Shown: in pieces, positions 19,765-28,300 of the stretch
Layout: each line of letters begins with the position of its first letter
How positions within the stretch are numbered: position 1 is the stretch's first letter
Assembly (NCBI GenBank): GCA_965219455.1
Contig: OZ244744.1
Location: 2,464,001-2,528,000, forward strand
DNA from: Candidatus Latescibacterota bacterium
GTDB taxonomy: Bacteria > Latescibacterota > UBA2968 > GCA-2709665
DNA length: 64,000 nucleotides
Reading direction: 5' to 3'
The notes under the pieces: generated by a model
What the model was told of the DNA's origin: nothing
What the model saw: only the letters and a program-made list of their open reading frames with translations
Database searches by the model: none
Translations under genes and position numbers: made by a program

Positions 19765-19782
19765 AAAAAGCTCCCAAAAAAG

Positions 19783-19889
19783 CAGCGGTCAGCTATCAGC
19801 CGTTAGCTGTCAGCTTACAAAAAAAACCAGACAATCGATGTCCGGCCCCCATCGGTATTTGTAGGGGCAACCCTTGTGGTTGCCCGCGT
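19783..19889. repeat. Heptamer array and REP
   Basis: CAGCGGTCAGCTATCAGCCGTTAGCTGTCAGC and TGTAGGGGCAACCCTTGTGGTTGCCCGCG. Confidence 0.8.
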
Positions 19890-19973
19890 CGCGGAAATTC
19901 AAACTCACGCAAAAACACGAAGACGCTATTGGCAAACCACACCAGGACCCTTCACCACACGGTTTTTCGGCAT

Positions 19974-20381
19974 CTACGGGATGACTTCAAACCCCATCTG
20001 CCGGAAATGATGATCCAGTGTCAACACCCGTTGAATTCGCAATTCCCGCATGAGAACAAAGCTGCAGCAGTCGGTATAGGAGAATTCCTTGTCCCGATAT
20101 CCGAAGAAGAGTGACCGCGCCCGTTCTCTTCGCGTTTCGTCGATGGACTCGATCCTCAGACGGGTTGAGCCGTTGATTTGCACCCACCAGGCCTCGGCGG
20201 CATCGAGACCAAGGCGGAACCGGATGGTCGTGAGCGTCTCGTCGATGACGTAGTCCGTCGTCGTGAGCAGGCCTCCGGACGACAGCCAGCGGTCCCTCGC
20301 TTCCCGCACAGCGGAGCCCTTCGAATCGCGGCTATCCGCCGCCGCAACCCATCCCGCGGTATCCACGAACATTTCTTTCAC
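19974..20381 (-). CDS. vapC: PIN-domain toxin
   Basis: FVDTAGW, TTDYVIDET, FSYTDCCSF, LTLDHHF. Confidence 0.93.
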   Translation of the reverse strand: MKEMFVDTAGWVAAADSRDSKGSAVREARDRWLSSGGLLTTTDYVIDETLTTIRFRLGLDAAEAWWVQINGSTRLRIESIDETRRERARSLFFGYRDKEFSYTDCCSFVLMRELRIQRVLTLDHHFRQMGFEVIP

Positions 20382-20623
20382 CGGTACAACACCTCGTCAT
20401 GCCGAGCGGCTACGTCTCCCGATTCCGATGCGCCTACGGGCGGGGCCTGGTAGAGTGAATCGGATTCGAGCGGCGTGTTACCCATCGTCGGACTGCCAAC
20501 GGGGACGATGTCGAAAGCCGGACGGCTGCGGTACAGCACCGTAAATCGCTCCCCGTGCCGCACCTTTGCGACGACCTCCTTCAGACGCGCTCGAAGCTGT
20601 TTGGCATTGATAATCTCTGGCAT
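20378..20623 (-). CDS. Phd/YefM-family antitoxin
   Basis: INAKQLRARLKEVVAKVRHGERFTVLYRSRP; overlaps the toxin start. Confidence 0.88.
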   Translation of the reverse strand: MPEIINAKQLRARLKEVVAKVRHGERFTVLYRSRPAFDIVPVGSPTMGNTPLESDSLYQAPPVGASESGDVAARHDEVLYR

Positions 20624-20639
20624 CACGGATCCTTTCTAT

Positions 20640-20659
20640 AGTTTAACTTAAGATAAACT
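20640..20659. promoter_or_regulatory. Candidate antitoxin operator
   Basis: Near-perfect palindrome AGTTTAACTTAAGATAAACT immediately upstream of the antitoxin RBS. Confidence 0.55.
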
Positions 20660-20879
20660 TATTCGATGGAGAGCGCAAGACGAGAGACGTCCGGTGGCCA
20701 CCCCGCGTCCACCGGACATCGATATGGCCTGGTGAAATCAATCGGCGAAATCCGCGCCACGGAGAGGGCAACCACAAGGGTTGCCCCTACAAATTCGACG
20801 ACGACGAGGGGCAAAGCATACAGCGACTGGCGGTACGACCGCAATTCCATGCTGCGGACCGTCCGGGTCTACCTCAGGC

Positions 20880-21100
20880 CCGCACGGTCCGGGTCGAGGG
20901 GACTCTTCCGCGTTGATCCGTTCAGCTATGTCACCTGGTGTATGTTCAGGCGTTCGCAGGGCAACGTCTCACGACTCTGCCACTAAGGCGATTCGCGGAA
21001 GAGCAGCCCCGCGGCGTCTGAGCGGCGCCGTTCTTTTTGGCCCTTTTTCTTTGGCGAGAAAGAAAAAGGGCGTAAAAAAAAAGAAATATGAGGTGAGGGG
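20880..21100 (-). repeat. Structured dispersed element, copy 4 (core 20898-21071)
   Basis: Minus strand: GCCCTTTTTCTTT-CTCGCC-AAAGAAAAAGGGC then CAAAAAG; stem CTCTTCCGCG/CGCGGAAGAG; anchors CGCGAAT, TGCCCTGC, ACGGA. Confidence 0.75.
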
Positions 21101-21156
21101 GGAAGGGGGGTGGCGAAATTCTACTATTCCCCTTCGTCACGCGTCTGCCGCTCGCT

Positions 21157-21678
21157 CTAATGGTGCCCTTCCTTACCCTCACCGTGCTCTTTCTCACCCT
21201 CACCGTGTTCTTCCTCGCGGGACCCGCCGATGCGCAGAATATGGCCATCCATGTCCGCAACCAGCATTTCCCGCGCTCCCCAGGACTGGTCAACGGGCTT
21301 CTGCCGTATGTCCGCCCCCGCCTTCACGTACTCCAGGTGCAGCTTGTCGACGTCACCGACGCTATAGTAGATCCACACGGGTCGGGCGCCCTGCCCATTC
21401 TCGGCAAGAAAGATATTCACCTCGCCATTGGATATAGAGGCAAAGGTCTTGTCCTCTGCCTCGGCAGGCCAGTCCCAGTCCTTTTTGAATCCGAGAACCG
21501 AGGTGTAGTGCTGGATGCTCGCTTCGACACTTCCCACGTTCAGGACCGGCGTGACAGCGGTGAATCGCGTGGATTCAGTACCGGAGTCCTTGTCGTGGTC
21601 CTCGTGGGCGACGGCGCCAAGACTGTGGCCGATGGCGATTCCTGCAGCGACTGCTGCTGCAATTCCGAGACTTTTCAT
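21157..21678 (-). CDS. VOC/glyoxalase-bleomycin resistance family protein with signal peptide and His/Glu-rich tail
   Basis: PVLNVGSVEASIQHYTSVLGF, DQSWGAREMLVADMDGHILRIG; tail EEEHGEGEKEHGEGKEGHH. Confidence 0.88.
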   Translation of the reverse strand: MKSLGIAAAVAAGIAIGHSLGAVAHEDHDKDSGTESTRFTAVTPVLNVGSVEASIQHYTSVLGFKKDWDWPAEAEDKTFASISNGEVNIFLAENGQGARPVWIYYSVGDVDKLHLEYVKAGADIRQKPVDQSWGAREMLVADMDGHILRIGGSREEEHGEGEKEHGEGKEGHH

Positions 21679-22181
21679 GGTTTTCCTCCCCTGGTGAGCA
21701 ATAAGCGGTCATGGAAAACAACTGTCAGCTATCGGCCGTCTGCTGTCAGGCAGAACCGGTTTGGGATAAGGCTTGGTGATTTCATTTCACCGATGCCTGT
21801 TCTTTGTAGGGGCGACCGGCCGGTCGCCCCTACAGTTACCGTGGGTCGGACAGGGAAGAGTGGCCACCTGACGGCGGTTTGCGATACGGACCGGCGATGT
21901 CAGCCAGCAATATCTGAATCGTGCCCCGCGCACAACCGGTCATTCGTTCTTTTTCTTAAACGCTCCTCCCGCCGGCGTCCCGTGTCGCAACACGCGTCCT
22001 ATGTTGCATATTGCCAAATATCCCCTGTTTTTCCGCGTGAATTTTCCGATAACTCCTTATGAAACCACCATTTATTTCCGCACACAACGTTCGGACGCCA
22101 GCCGCGGGACATCGTGGGAGATGCATTATGCGACACTTCGGCCGGCCGACTGGTTACCTTTTTTATATATAACTTATTTAT

Positions 22182-22226
22182 TTTCAACAGTTTGTCGTTA
22201 TCCCCGGCATCGGCACGGATTTTGCA
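22182..22226 (+). promoter_or_regulatory. Candidate sigma-54 promoter with IHF-like site
   Basis: CGGCACG-GATT-TTGCA (22211-22226) has correct GG-N10-GC spacing; TTTCAACAGTTTG (22182-22194) in an AT-rich tract. Confidence 0.6.
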
Positions 22227-22458
22227 CGTATTCAAGAGCCCTCCCTCCGGTGCACGATGCACGGTGTCGCGCCTTCAATGCCGGTAACGCCAGTCATTCG
22301 CCCACATACCAGGAACGGAATTGAAAATAACCACAGCGGCGATGGTGGCCGTGCGGCGGGCAGCCCGCAACTCTGCTGACCCCGTTTAGATGCCGATCCG
22401 TCCGTTAAGGAGCCACTATGAAATTCGATTTGTAATGAAGACGATAGGGAGGGAAACC

Positions 22459-23163
22459 ATGCGGTCTTCAGGAAACGGACTCGCACATCAGATCGCCAAG
22501 CTGTTCAGGGAACTGCTCGAACGAGAACTGCAAACCGCCAAACGGACTACGGAAGCACAAAAACGAGAACTGCTCGAAAAAATCATAGCGCGGGAGACGG
22601 AATTGAAAGACGACGGCGGATTGGATACTCTGTTCGAAAAATACATAGCCGGCCTGTCGGAAACCGAACGGCCGGAGAGTCGAGTGCAGGAACGTCGCCT
22701 GTACTACAACTGGGAAGGCAGACTCAGGTCAGAGCTGGGCAGCTGGAGAATGGCGTTGGCTGAACTGGAAACCCGGAACAACGACGCCGATGCGATACTA
22801 ACGAGCGCGCGAAACAAAGTCATGCGCCTGTTGCTGCGTGAGACACTGGTCGAGGTCAATCCGGGGTGTCACAATGGACCGAAACCAGACGCGAAAGATG
22901 CCGGCAGTCTTGAGGCGTGCCTGATTCCGGTTATTCAACACATGAGAAAGGGCAAAAGCCATTCGGAGGCTGTCCGGGTGGTTGCGGAAAAATTGGGCGT
23001 CCGCAAAACCAACGTTGCTGACCAATGTACCAACGGTCTGGATCTCACGACACCACAGTTTGTTGATCACGTCAGCAGCGGGCGAATTGTTCAGGTCGTG
23101 AAAAAAAAGTACCCCGAACAGATTGAACTGATAAGCCGCGAATTGGCGCCGCTGTATCCATAG
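22459..23163 (+). CDS. Hypothetical helical protein, possible C-terminal helix-turn-helix
   Basis: Open frame with protein-like composition; GGGAGGG RBS before ATG 22459; SHSEAVRVVAEKLGVRKTNVADQC segment. Confidence 0.7.
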   Translation: MRSSGNGLAHQIAKLFRELLERELQTAKRTTEAQKRELLEKIIARETELKDDGGLDTLFEKYIAGLSETERPESRVQERRLYYNWEGRLRSELGSWRMALAELETRNNDADAILTSARNKVMRLLLRETLVEVNPGCHNGPKPDAKDAGSLEACLIPVIQHMRKGKSHSEAVRVVAEKLGVRKTNVADQCTNGLDLTTPQFVDHVSSGRIVQVVKKKYPEQIELISRELAPLYP

Positions 23164-23424
23164 CGCTCGCAGATCAACAGGTGACGCGATTGAACGTCAG
23201 TTGGGTGCGGGGTCGTCCGGATCCGTCGGCACCGGGTCAGATTGCCGCATCTCGAGCGATTGCGACGGCCCGCCGCGGGCATAGCCGGACGTTACAGGGT
23301 CTCCATCCCGAACCGCTCGGCGGTATCCAGGGTTTCCCGCACGTCGTCAATTGTACGTAACCGTTTTTTGGATAGGAATCCTGGCCACGACACTCGAAAA
23401 GTTCATTTATTTGCACGAAATAAG

Positions 23425-23453
23425 TTGACATCTTCAGAGAAGATGGGCATATA
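23425..23453 (+). promoter_or_regulatory. hicAB sigma-70 promoter with palindromic operator
   Basis: TTGACA at 23425, AT-rich -10 region 17 bp later; CATCTTC-AGA-GAAGATG (23429-23445) in the spacer. Confidence 0.65.
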
Positions 23454-23474
23454 TATCACAAAAGAGACGCGGTA

Positions 23475-23663
23475 ATGCAAACCAAAACGGAACAAATCCG
23501 GCACCTGTTGGTAAAGGACGGATGGTTTCTTGCGCGCCACGGCTCCGGTCACGACATCTATCGACATCCAGGCATCCGGGGAATCATCACGCTCCCGAGA
23601 CACAGAACAGTATCTCCCGGTGTTGCCCGCTCCATCGCAAGAAAAGCGGGTTGGCTGGAATAA
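23475..23663 (+). CDS. hicA: HicA toxin
   Basis: KDGWFLARHGSGHDIYRHP, LPRH, ARSIARKAGW. Confidence 0.93.
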   Translation: MQTKTEQIRHLLVKDGWFLARHGSGHDIYRHPGIRGIITLPRHRTVSPGVARSIARKAGWLE

Positions 23664-23687
23664 ACGACCTCGAAGGAGGACCCGCGC

Positions 23688-24074
23688 ATGGCTCGCTATC
23701 CCGCGCTGATCGATGGCGAAGAAGGTGCCTATGGCGTTACGTTCCCCGATCTTCCCGGTATCGTCGCTATGGGAAACACCATTGACGCGGCGTTGATAAA
23801 CGCCGAAGAAGCACTTCGCGATTATACGATCGAGGCCGAGAAAGACGGTGAGACAATGACGCCGCCAGGCGCTCTGGAGGGGGTGGTGGTCCCGAACGGG
23901 CAGGCCCTCGTGTCCATCCCCTTAATTCGTACCTCGGGCCGGAACGTACGCGCCCATATGACGCTCGACGAAGGCGTCGCAGCCTTCATCGACAGCGAGG
24001 CTCGACGTCGTGGCATGACCCGTAAGGCGTATGTAGAATGGATGGCCCGGCGTATCGCGGAGATGGGCGGATAA
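23688..24074 (+). CDS. hicB: HicB antitoxin
   Basis: YGVTFPDLPGIVAMGNTIDAALINAEEAL and a C-terminal RHH-like segment. Confidence 0.93.
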   Translation: MARYPALIDGEEGAYGVTFPDLPGIVAMGNTIDAALINAEEALRDYTIEAEKDGETMTPPGALEGVVVPNGQALVSIPLIRTSGRNVRAHMTLDEGVAAFIDSEARRRGMTRKAYVEWMARRIAEMGG

Positions 24075-24119
24075 CAACTGCCGACGTGGGACCTCGCCCG
24101 GACGATGGCAAAACGGCTC

Positions 24120-24330
24120 TCATTTCACGAAGAGCAGCCTGCGGGTCAGCACGCCGCTCGAATGAATCAGCCGATAGAAGTATACGCCGCTGGACACTTC
24201 ACGACCCAGCATGTCCGTGCCGTCCCACTTCACCCGGTAAAGGCCTGCCGCGAGATTGTCCTGCACCAGAACGCGGACCTGCTGCCCCAGCGTATTGTAA
24301 ATCGCCAGGGTCACGTGGCCGGGGCCGGCC
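24120..24330 (-). pseudogene. Orphan FlgD-Ig / C-terminal sorting-domain fragment
   Basis: VTLAIYNTLGQQVRVLV...WDGTDMLGREVSSGVYFYRL...TRRLLFVK* with no upstream passenger domain. Confidence 0.75.
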
Positions 24331-24435
24331 TGGTCGCAGCCGATCCATTGTTGGGCCCTTTGCGAACGGGGGGCATCGATAAGCCCCAACCCGGTTCGAC
24401 CCGCGGAGTCTCCGATATAGGGGCAGGTTAGACCA

Positions 24436-26043
24436 TCAAGGCACGAAACGATAGACGACGGGCAACTGCGCTGGATCCGTGACGCTCGTGTCCGTGTGGT
24501 GGTAGATATTTATGCGTCCGGTGCCGCAGTCCCCGAATTCATCGGAGGAGAACGCGCCGATAAGACCCTCAAAGCCGGACGTTGCGTGGAGTTCCGTGCG
24601 CAGTGCGTTCCGGTTGACGATGAGCTTTCCACCATCCTGTATCGCCACGGACTCGATGGCGCTGAGCAGCAGCGTTGTGGCGTCGTAAGCGTGCGCCCAG
24701 TACGGCGTGCCGGGAAACCCGCCGTACGCGGCTTCATAGGCGGCCAGCACTTCATCCACGCTTTTTCCGGTTACGCCATTGACATTTGTTCCGAGATCCG
24801 CCTCCGGTCCGGCGGCGTAAACGCCTTCCGACTGCGGCAGGGCCAGGAACTCCGAACCGAGGAGGGCCGCGCCGGTGATGAGTGTGACGCCTTCCAGGCC
24901 GTCGAATTCCCGCGCCTGCCTGGCGAAGGGCGCGCCTGCCAAAAAGAACAGAGGGAAGAAGATGCCATCCGGTCCGGCCTCCGCGAATTCCGTGAGGACG
25001 GACGTCATATCACTTTGCCCTTTCTCAATCCCCGTGCTGACCGGTACTTCGCCGCCGACGGCGACGAACGCATCGCCAAACGCGCTGACGAGGGCCGTTG
25101 TGTACGGGTCGCCGTCGTGAAGCGCCACCATGCGCCTCAGGCCCAATTCATTGTACGCGAAATCGGCCACGGCCCGCGCCTGGTAGAGGTCGTTGATCGC
25201 AACCCTGAAATAGCCGGGATGATAGTCCGGACTTGCGTTGCCGGCCAGGTCGGACGTAAGTCTAGGCGACGTGTTGGACGGCGAGATCATTACGAGACCC
25301 GCTTCGCTGATCGCCGGCGAAGCCGCCACTGCCGCGCCCGAACAAGACGTACCGATAACGCCAAGCACCCGAGGATCCGCGACAATCTGCTCCGCGCCGG
25401 CGCGTCCGCCTTCCGGCCCGCACATGCCGTCGATCGGCTCGCCCAGTTCCACTTCGTGACCGTGGATCATTCCGTAGTCTTGAACTGCCAGTTCGACGGC
25501 GTTCCGCGACGGATCGCCAAGCCAGCCCTCTATCGCGTGCGTGAGCAGCGAACGGATGTGCACGGCCTCGCCCTCGCCAATCGTGACGACGCCTCGCGGG
25601 GATGAACCCGTCACGCGCGCACTTCCGCCAATGGGCAGGTCGAGCATTACATCGTAGCCGCCGTTAATGGGTATGCTCGACCACGAACCCACGACGCTTC
25701 CGTCCATCATTGCGCGCGCACGATAGTAACCGGTACCTTCAACTTCCACCCGCGCCCGGCCTTGCGCTTCGGTGGTGCCCGACCATTTGTAGTCGGCCGC
25801 CCGACCCGATACTGAAGGCGCGAACGCCACGGTGACGCCGCTTACCGGCGTCTCACCCTCCAGAACGCGGGCAAAGACCACGGCCTGCGACATATTCCCA
25901 TTGACAGCCAATTTGCCCAGCGGCTGTCCAATTCGTTCGTCTGCCTCCGGAATCTGCGACGTCGTCACGCGATCGCCTCCGCAACCCCAGGTTACGGCAG
26001 CGACAAGCGCCAACACAAACAAACTGCGAATAACGGATAACAC
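24436..26043 (-). CDS. Branched-chain amino acid-type substrate-binding lipoprotein with N-terminal beta-sandwich domain (paralog 1)
   Basis: TWGC lipobox, IGTSCSGA, MISPSNTSP, YWAHAYDATTLLL; GTG start after AGGGAGGG. Confidence 0.88.
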   Translation of the reverse strand: MLSVIRSLFVLALVAAVTWGCGGDRVTTSQIPEADERIGQPLGKLAVNGNMSQAVVFARVLEGETPVSGVTVAFAPSVSGRAADYKWSGTTEAQGRARVEVEGTGYYRARAMMDGSVVGSWSSIPINGGYDVMLDLPIGGSARVTGSSPRGVVTIGEGEAVHIRSLLTHAIEGWLGDPSRNAVELAVQDYGMIHGHEVELGEPIDGMCGPEGGRAGAEQIVADPRVLGVIGTSCSGAAVAASPAISEAGLVMISPSNTSPRLTSDLAGNASPDYHPGYFRVAINDLYQARAVADFAYNELGLRRMVALHDGDPYTTALVSAFGDAFVAVGGEVPVSTGIEKGQSDMTSVLTEFAEAGPDGIFFPLFFLAGAPFARQAREFDGLEGVTLITGAALLGSEFLALPQSEGVYAAGPEADLGTNVNGVTGKSVDEVLAAYEAAYGGFPGTPYWAHAYDATTLLLSAIESVAIQDGGKLIVNRNALRTELHATSGFEGLIGAFSSDEFGDCGTGRINIYHHTDTSVTDPAQLPVVYRFVP

Positions 26044-26177
26044 GGCAAAGCCCTCCCTTTTTGAATCTATCCACAAGACGACGTGGAAAAATGGGTCAAT
26101 CGTTTCCGGAGCCTATCTGGAATTTTCTAAACGACACCCAAGGTGCGCATAAAACTGCGAAAACGCAAGACCATCAT

Positions 26178-26395
26178 TCATTCGAAAATCTCGAATTTGC
26201 CATCTCGCACGATCAATACAATCGGATCGTAAACCGCGTCCCCGTCGGCGTTGAAAGAGAATTCGCCCAGAATCGCCCGCGCCCGATAATAACCGCCCGA
26301 CCCTTCGCCAGCAATCTCCACACGCGCATGTCCGCGCGGGTCGGTAGTGGCCGACCACTCGAAATCTGCGGCCCGACCCGATACGGAAACTCGTA
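26178..26395 (-). pseudogene. Internally deleted substrate-binding-protein paralog
   Basis: SVSGRAADFEWSATTD..GYYRARA (N-domain, as in neighbours) joined directly to ILGEFSFNADGDAVYDPIVLIVRDGKFEIFE* (LivJ/K-type C-terminus). Confidence 0.8.
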
Positions 26396-26492
26396 AACAT
26401 ACCGAATCCTTTAAATATCGGGGAATGCCAAAAAACGGGACGTCACAAACCAACGGCAGAGCAAGGGGCCCGGACACACCTTGTGCCAGACC

Positions 26493-26530
26493 CCAAAATG
26501 ACAGGCAGTGAAAACTGCCTGTCATTTTGG
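26493..26530. terminator. Strong hairpin / intrinsic terminator
   Basis: CCAAAATGACAGGCAG-TGAAAA-CTGCCTGTCATTTTGG, 16-bp perfect stem. Confidence 0.75.
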
Positions 26531-26568
26531 ATAAATACATCCGCCTGGCGGAGACTTCCGCAAAGCGA

Positions 26569-26664
26569 TCACTCAAATATCTGGAATTCACCGTACCTGT
26601 CAATCAGTACAATCGATTCGTAAACCGCGTCCCCCTTGGCATCGAAAGAAAACGAGCCCAGAAT
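26569..26664 (-). pseudogene. C-terminal remnant of another substrate-binding-protein paralog
   Basis: Minus strand reads ILGSFSFDAKGDAVYESIVLIDRYGEFQIFE*, homologous to the tail of 26178-26395. Confidence 0.75.
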
Positions 26665-26695
26665 CCCATCCGGATTCTGAGTGCCGGCCATCGTG

Positions 26696-28300
26696 TCATG
26701 GTCCGAACCGATAGGCGATGGTCAATTTCGAGGGATCGGTGATGCTCGTGTCCGTGTGATGGTATATGTTGATGCGTCCGGTGCCGCAGTCTCCGAATTC
26801 GTCGCAGGTGAGCGTACCGAGGAGGCCCTTGAAGTCGGACGTCGCGTGGAGTTCCGTACGCAGCGATTCGCGATCGACGGATACCTTCCCGCCATCTACG
26901 CTCGCGACAGACTCAATAGCGCTTAGCAGCAGCGTTGCGGCGTCGTAGGAATGCGCCCAGTAGACCGTGTTCGGAATCCCGCCGTACGCGGCTGCGTACG
27001 CGGCCAGCACCTCGTCGGCGCTCTTGCCGGTGGCCTCATTGACGTTTGAACCCTCCACGGGCTCCGGGCCGGCGAAGTAGATTCCTTCCGACTCCGGCAA
27101 TGGGAGAAACTTCGTCAGGAGGAGGGCAGAACTCGTGATGAGTGTTGCGTTTTCCAGACCTTCGTGTTCCTTCGCCTGGTCCGCGAAAGGCGCGCCAGCG
27201 ACAAAGAACAGAGGGAAGAAGATGCCGTCCGGCTCGGCCGCCGCGAATTCCGCGAGAACGGATGCCATGTCCGTCTGTTTCTTTTCTATTCGGGCACTGA
27301 CTGCAACTTCACCGCCGAGAGCGCTGAACGCATGGCCGAAGGCGACGGTGAGACCCATGGTGTACGGGTCGCCGTCGTCTATGGTGGCGAAGCGACGGAG
27401 GCCCAATTCAGTGTATGCGAAGTTGGCCACGGCGTTCGCCTCGTAGAGGTCGTTGTTGCAGGTGCGGAAGTAGCCGGGGTGGTAGTTGGGACTCGCGTTG
27501 CCGGTGAGGTCGGACGTGAGCGCGGGCGAGGTGTTTGACGGCGAGATCATGACCAGCCCCGCCTCGCTCAGCAGGGGTGAGGCCGCCACAGCCGAGCCTG
27601 AACAGCTGGTGCCGATGGCGCCGATGACTCGCAGATCGTTAAGAATCTGCTCCGCCCCCATGCGTCCGCCCTCCGGGCCGCACATGGCGTCGATCGGCGC
27701 GCCAAGGTCCACTTCGCGACTGTGGATCATTCCGTAGTCTTGAACTGCCAGTTCAGCAGCGTTTCGCGGCGGATCACCGAGCCACCCCTCGACCGTATGC
27801 GTGAGCAACGAACGGATATGCACGGCCTCGCCTTCGCCAATCGTGACGACGCCGCGTACGGATGAACTCGCCACGCGCGCACTTTCGCCAATGGGCAAGT
27901 CGAGCATTACATCGTAGTCACCGTTAATGGGTATGCTCGACCACGACCCCAAGACGCTTCCGTCCATCATTGCGCGCGCCCGATAGTAACCGGTACCCTC
28001 AACTTCCACCCGCGCCAGGCCTTGCGCATCGGTTGTGCCCGACCATTTGAAATCGGCCGCCCGACCCGATACCGAACGCGCGAACGCCACGGTGACGCCG
28101 CTTAAGGGCGTCTCACCCTCCAGGACGCGGGCAACGACCACGGCCTGCGACATATTCCCATTGACAGCCAGTTTGCCCAGCGGCTGTCCTATCGTATCCT
28201 CCTCCGGTACCATCGACGTCGTTATGCGTTCGCTGCCGCATCCCCAGGTCAAGCCTGCGGAAAGCGCCAACAAGAACACGTTGCGAAAACTTCCAAACAT
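26696..28300 (-). CDS. Branched-chain amino acid-type substrate-binding lipoprotein (paralog 2)
   Basis: TWGC lipobox; long near-identical blocks shared with 24436-26043; ATG 28300 after GGAGG. Confidence 0.88.
   Translation of the reverse strand: MFGSFRNVFLLALSAGLTWGCGSERITTSMVPEEDTIGQPLGKLAVNGNMSQAVVVARVLEGETPLSGVTVAFARSVSGRAADFKWSGTTDAQGLARVEVEGTGYYRARAMMDGSVLGSWSSIPINGDYDVMLDLPIGESARVASSSVRGVVTIGEGEAVHIRSLLTHTVEGWLGDPPRNAAELAVQDYGMIHSREVDLGAPIDAMCGPEGGRMGAEQILNDLRVIGAIGTSCSGSAVAASPLLSEAGLVMISPSNTSPALTSDLTGNASPNYHPGYFRTCNNDLYEANAVANFAYTELGLRRFATIDDGDPYTMGLTVAFGHAFSALGGEVAVSARIEKKQTDMASVLAEFAAAEPDGIFFPLFFVAGAPFADQAKEHEGLENATLITSSALLLTKFLPLPESEGIYFAGPEPVEGSNVNEATGKSADEVLAAYAAAYGGIPNTVYWAHSYDAATLLLSAIESVASVDGGKVSVDRESLRTELHATSDFKGLLGTLTCDEFGDCGTGRINIYHHTDTSITDPSKLTIAYRFGP

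Noticed and set aside
23290-23390. Minus-strand frame ending DDVRETLDTAERFGMETL*
   Set aside because: May be a gene remnant but too short to assign.
26178-26664. Two C-terminal fragments as DGR template/variable repeats
   Set aside because: Differences are not adenine-specific and no reverse transcriptase is present; paralog decay explains them.
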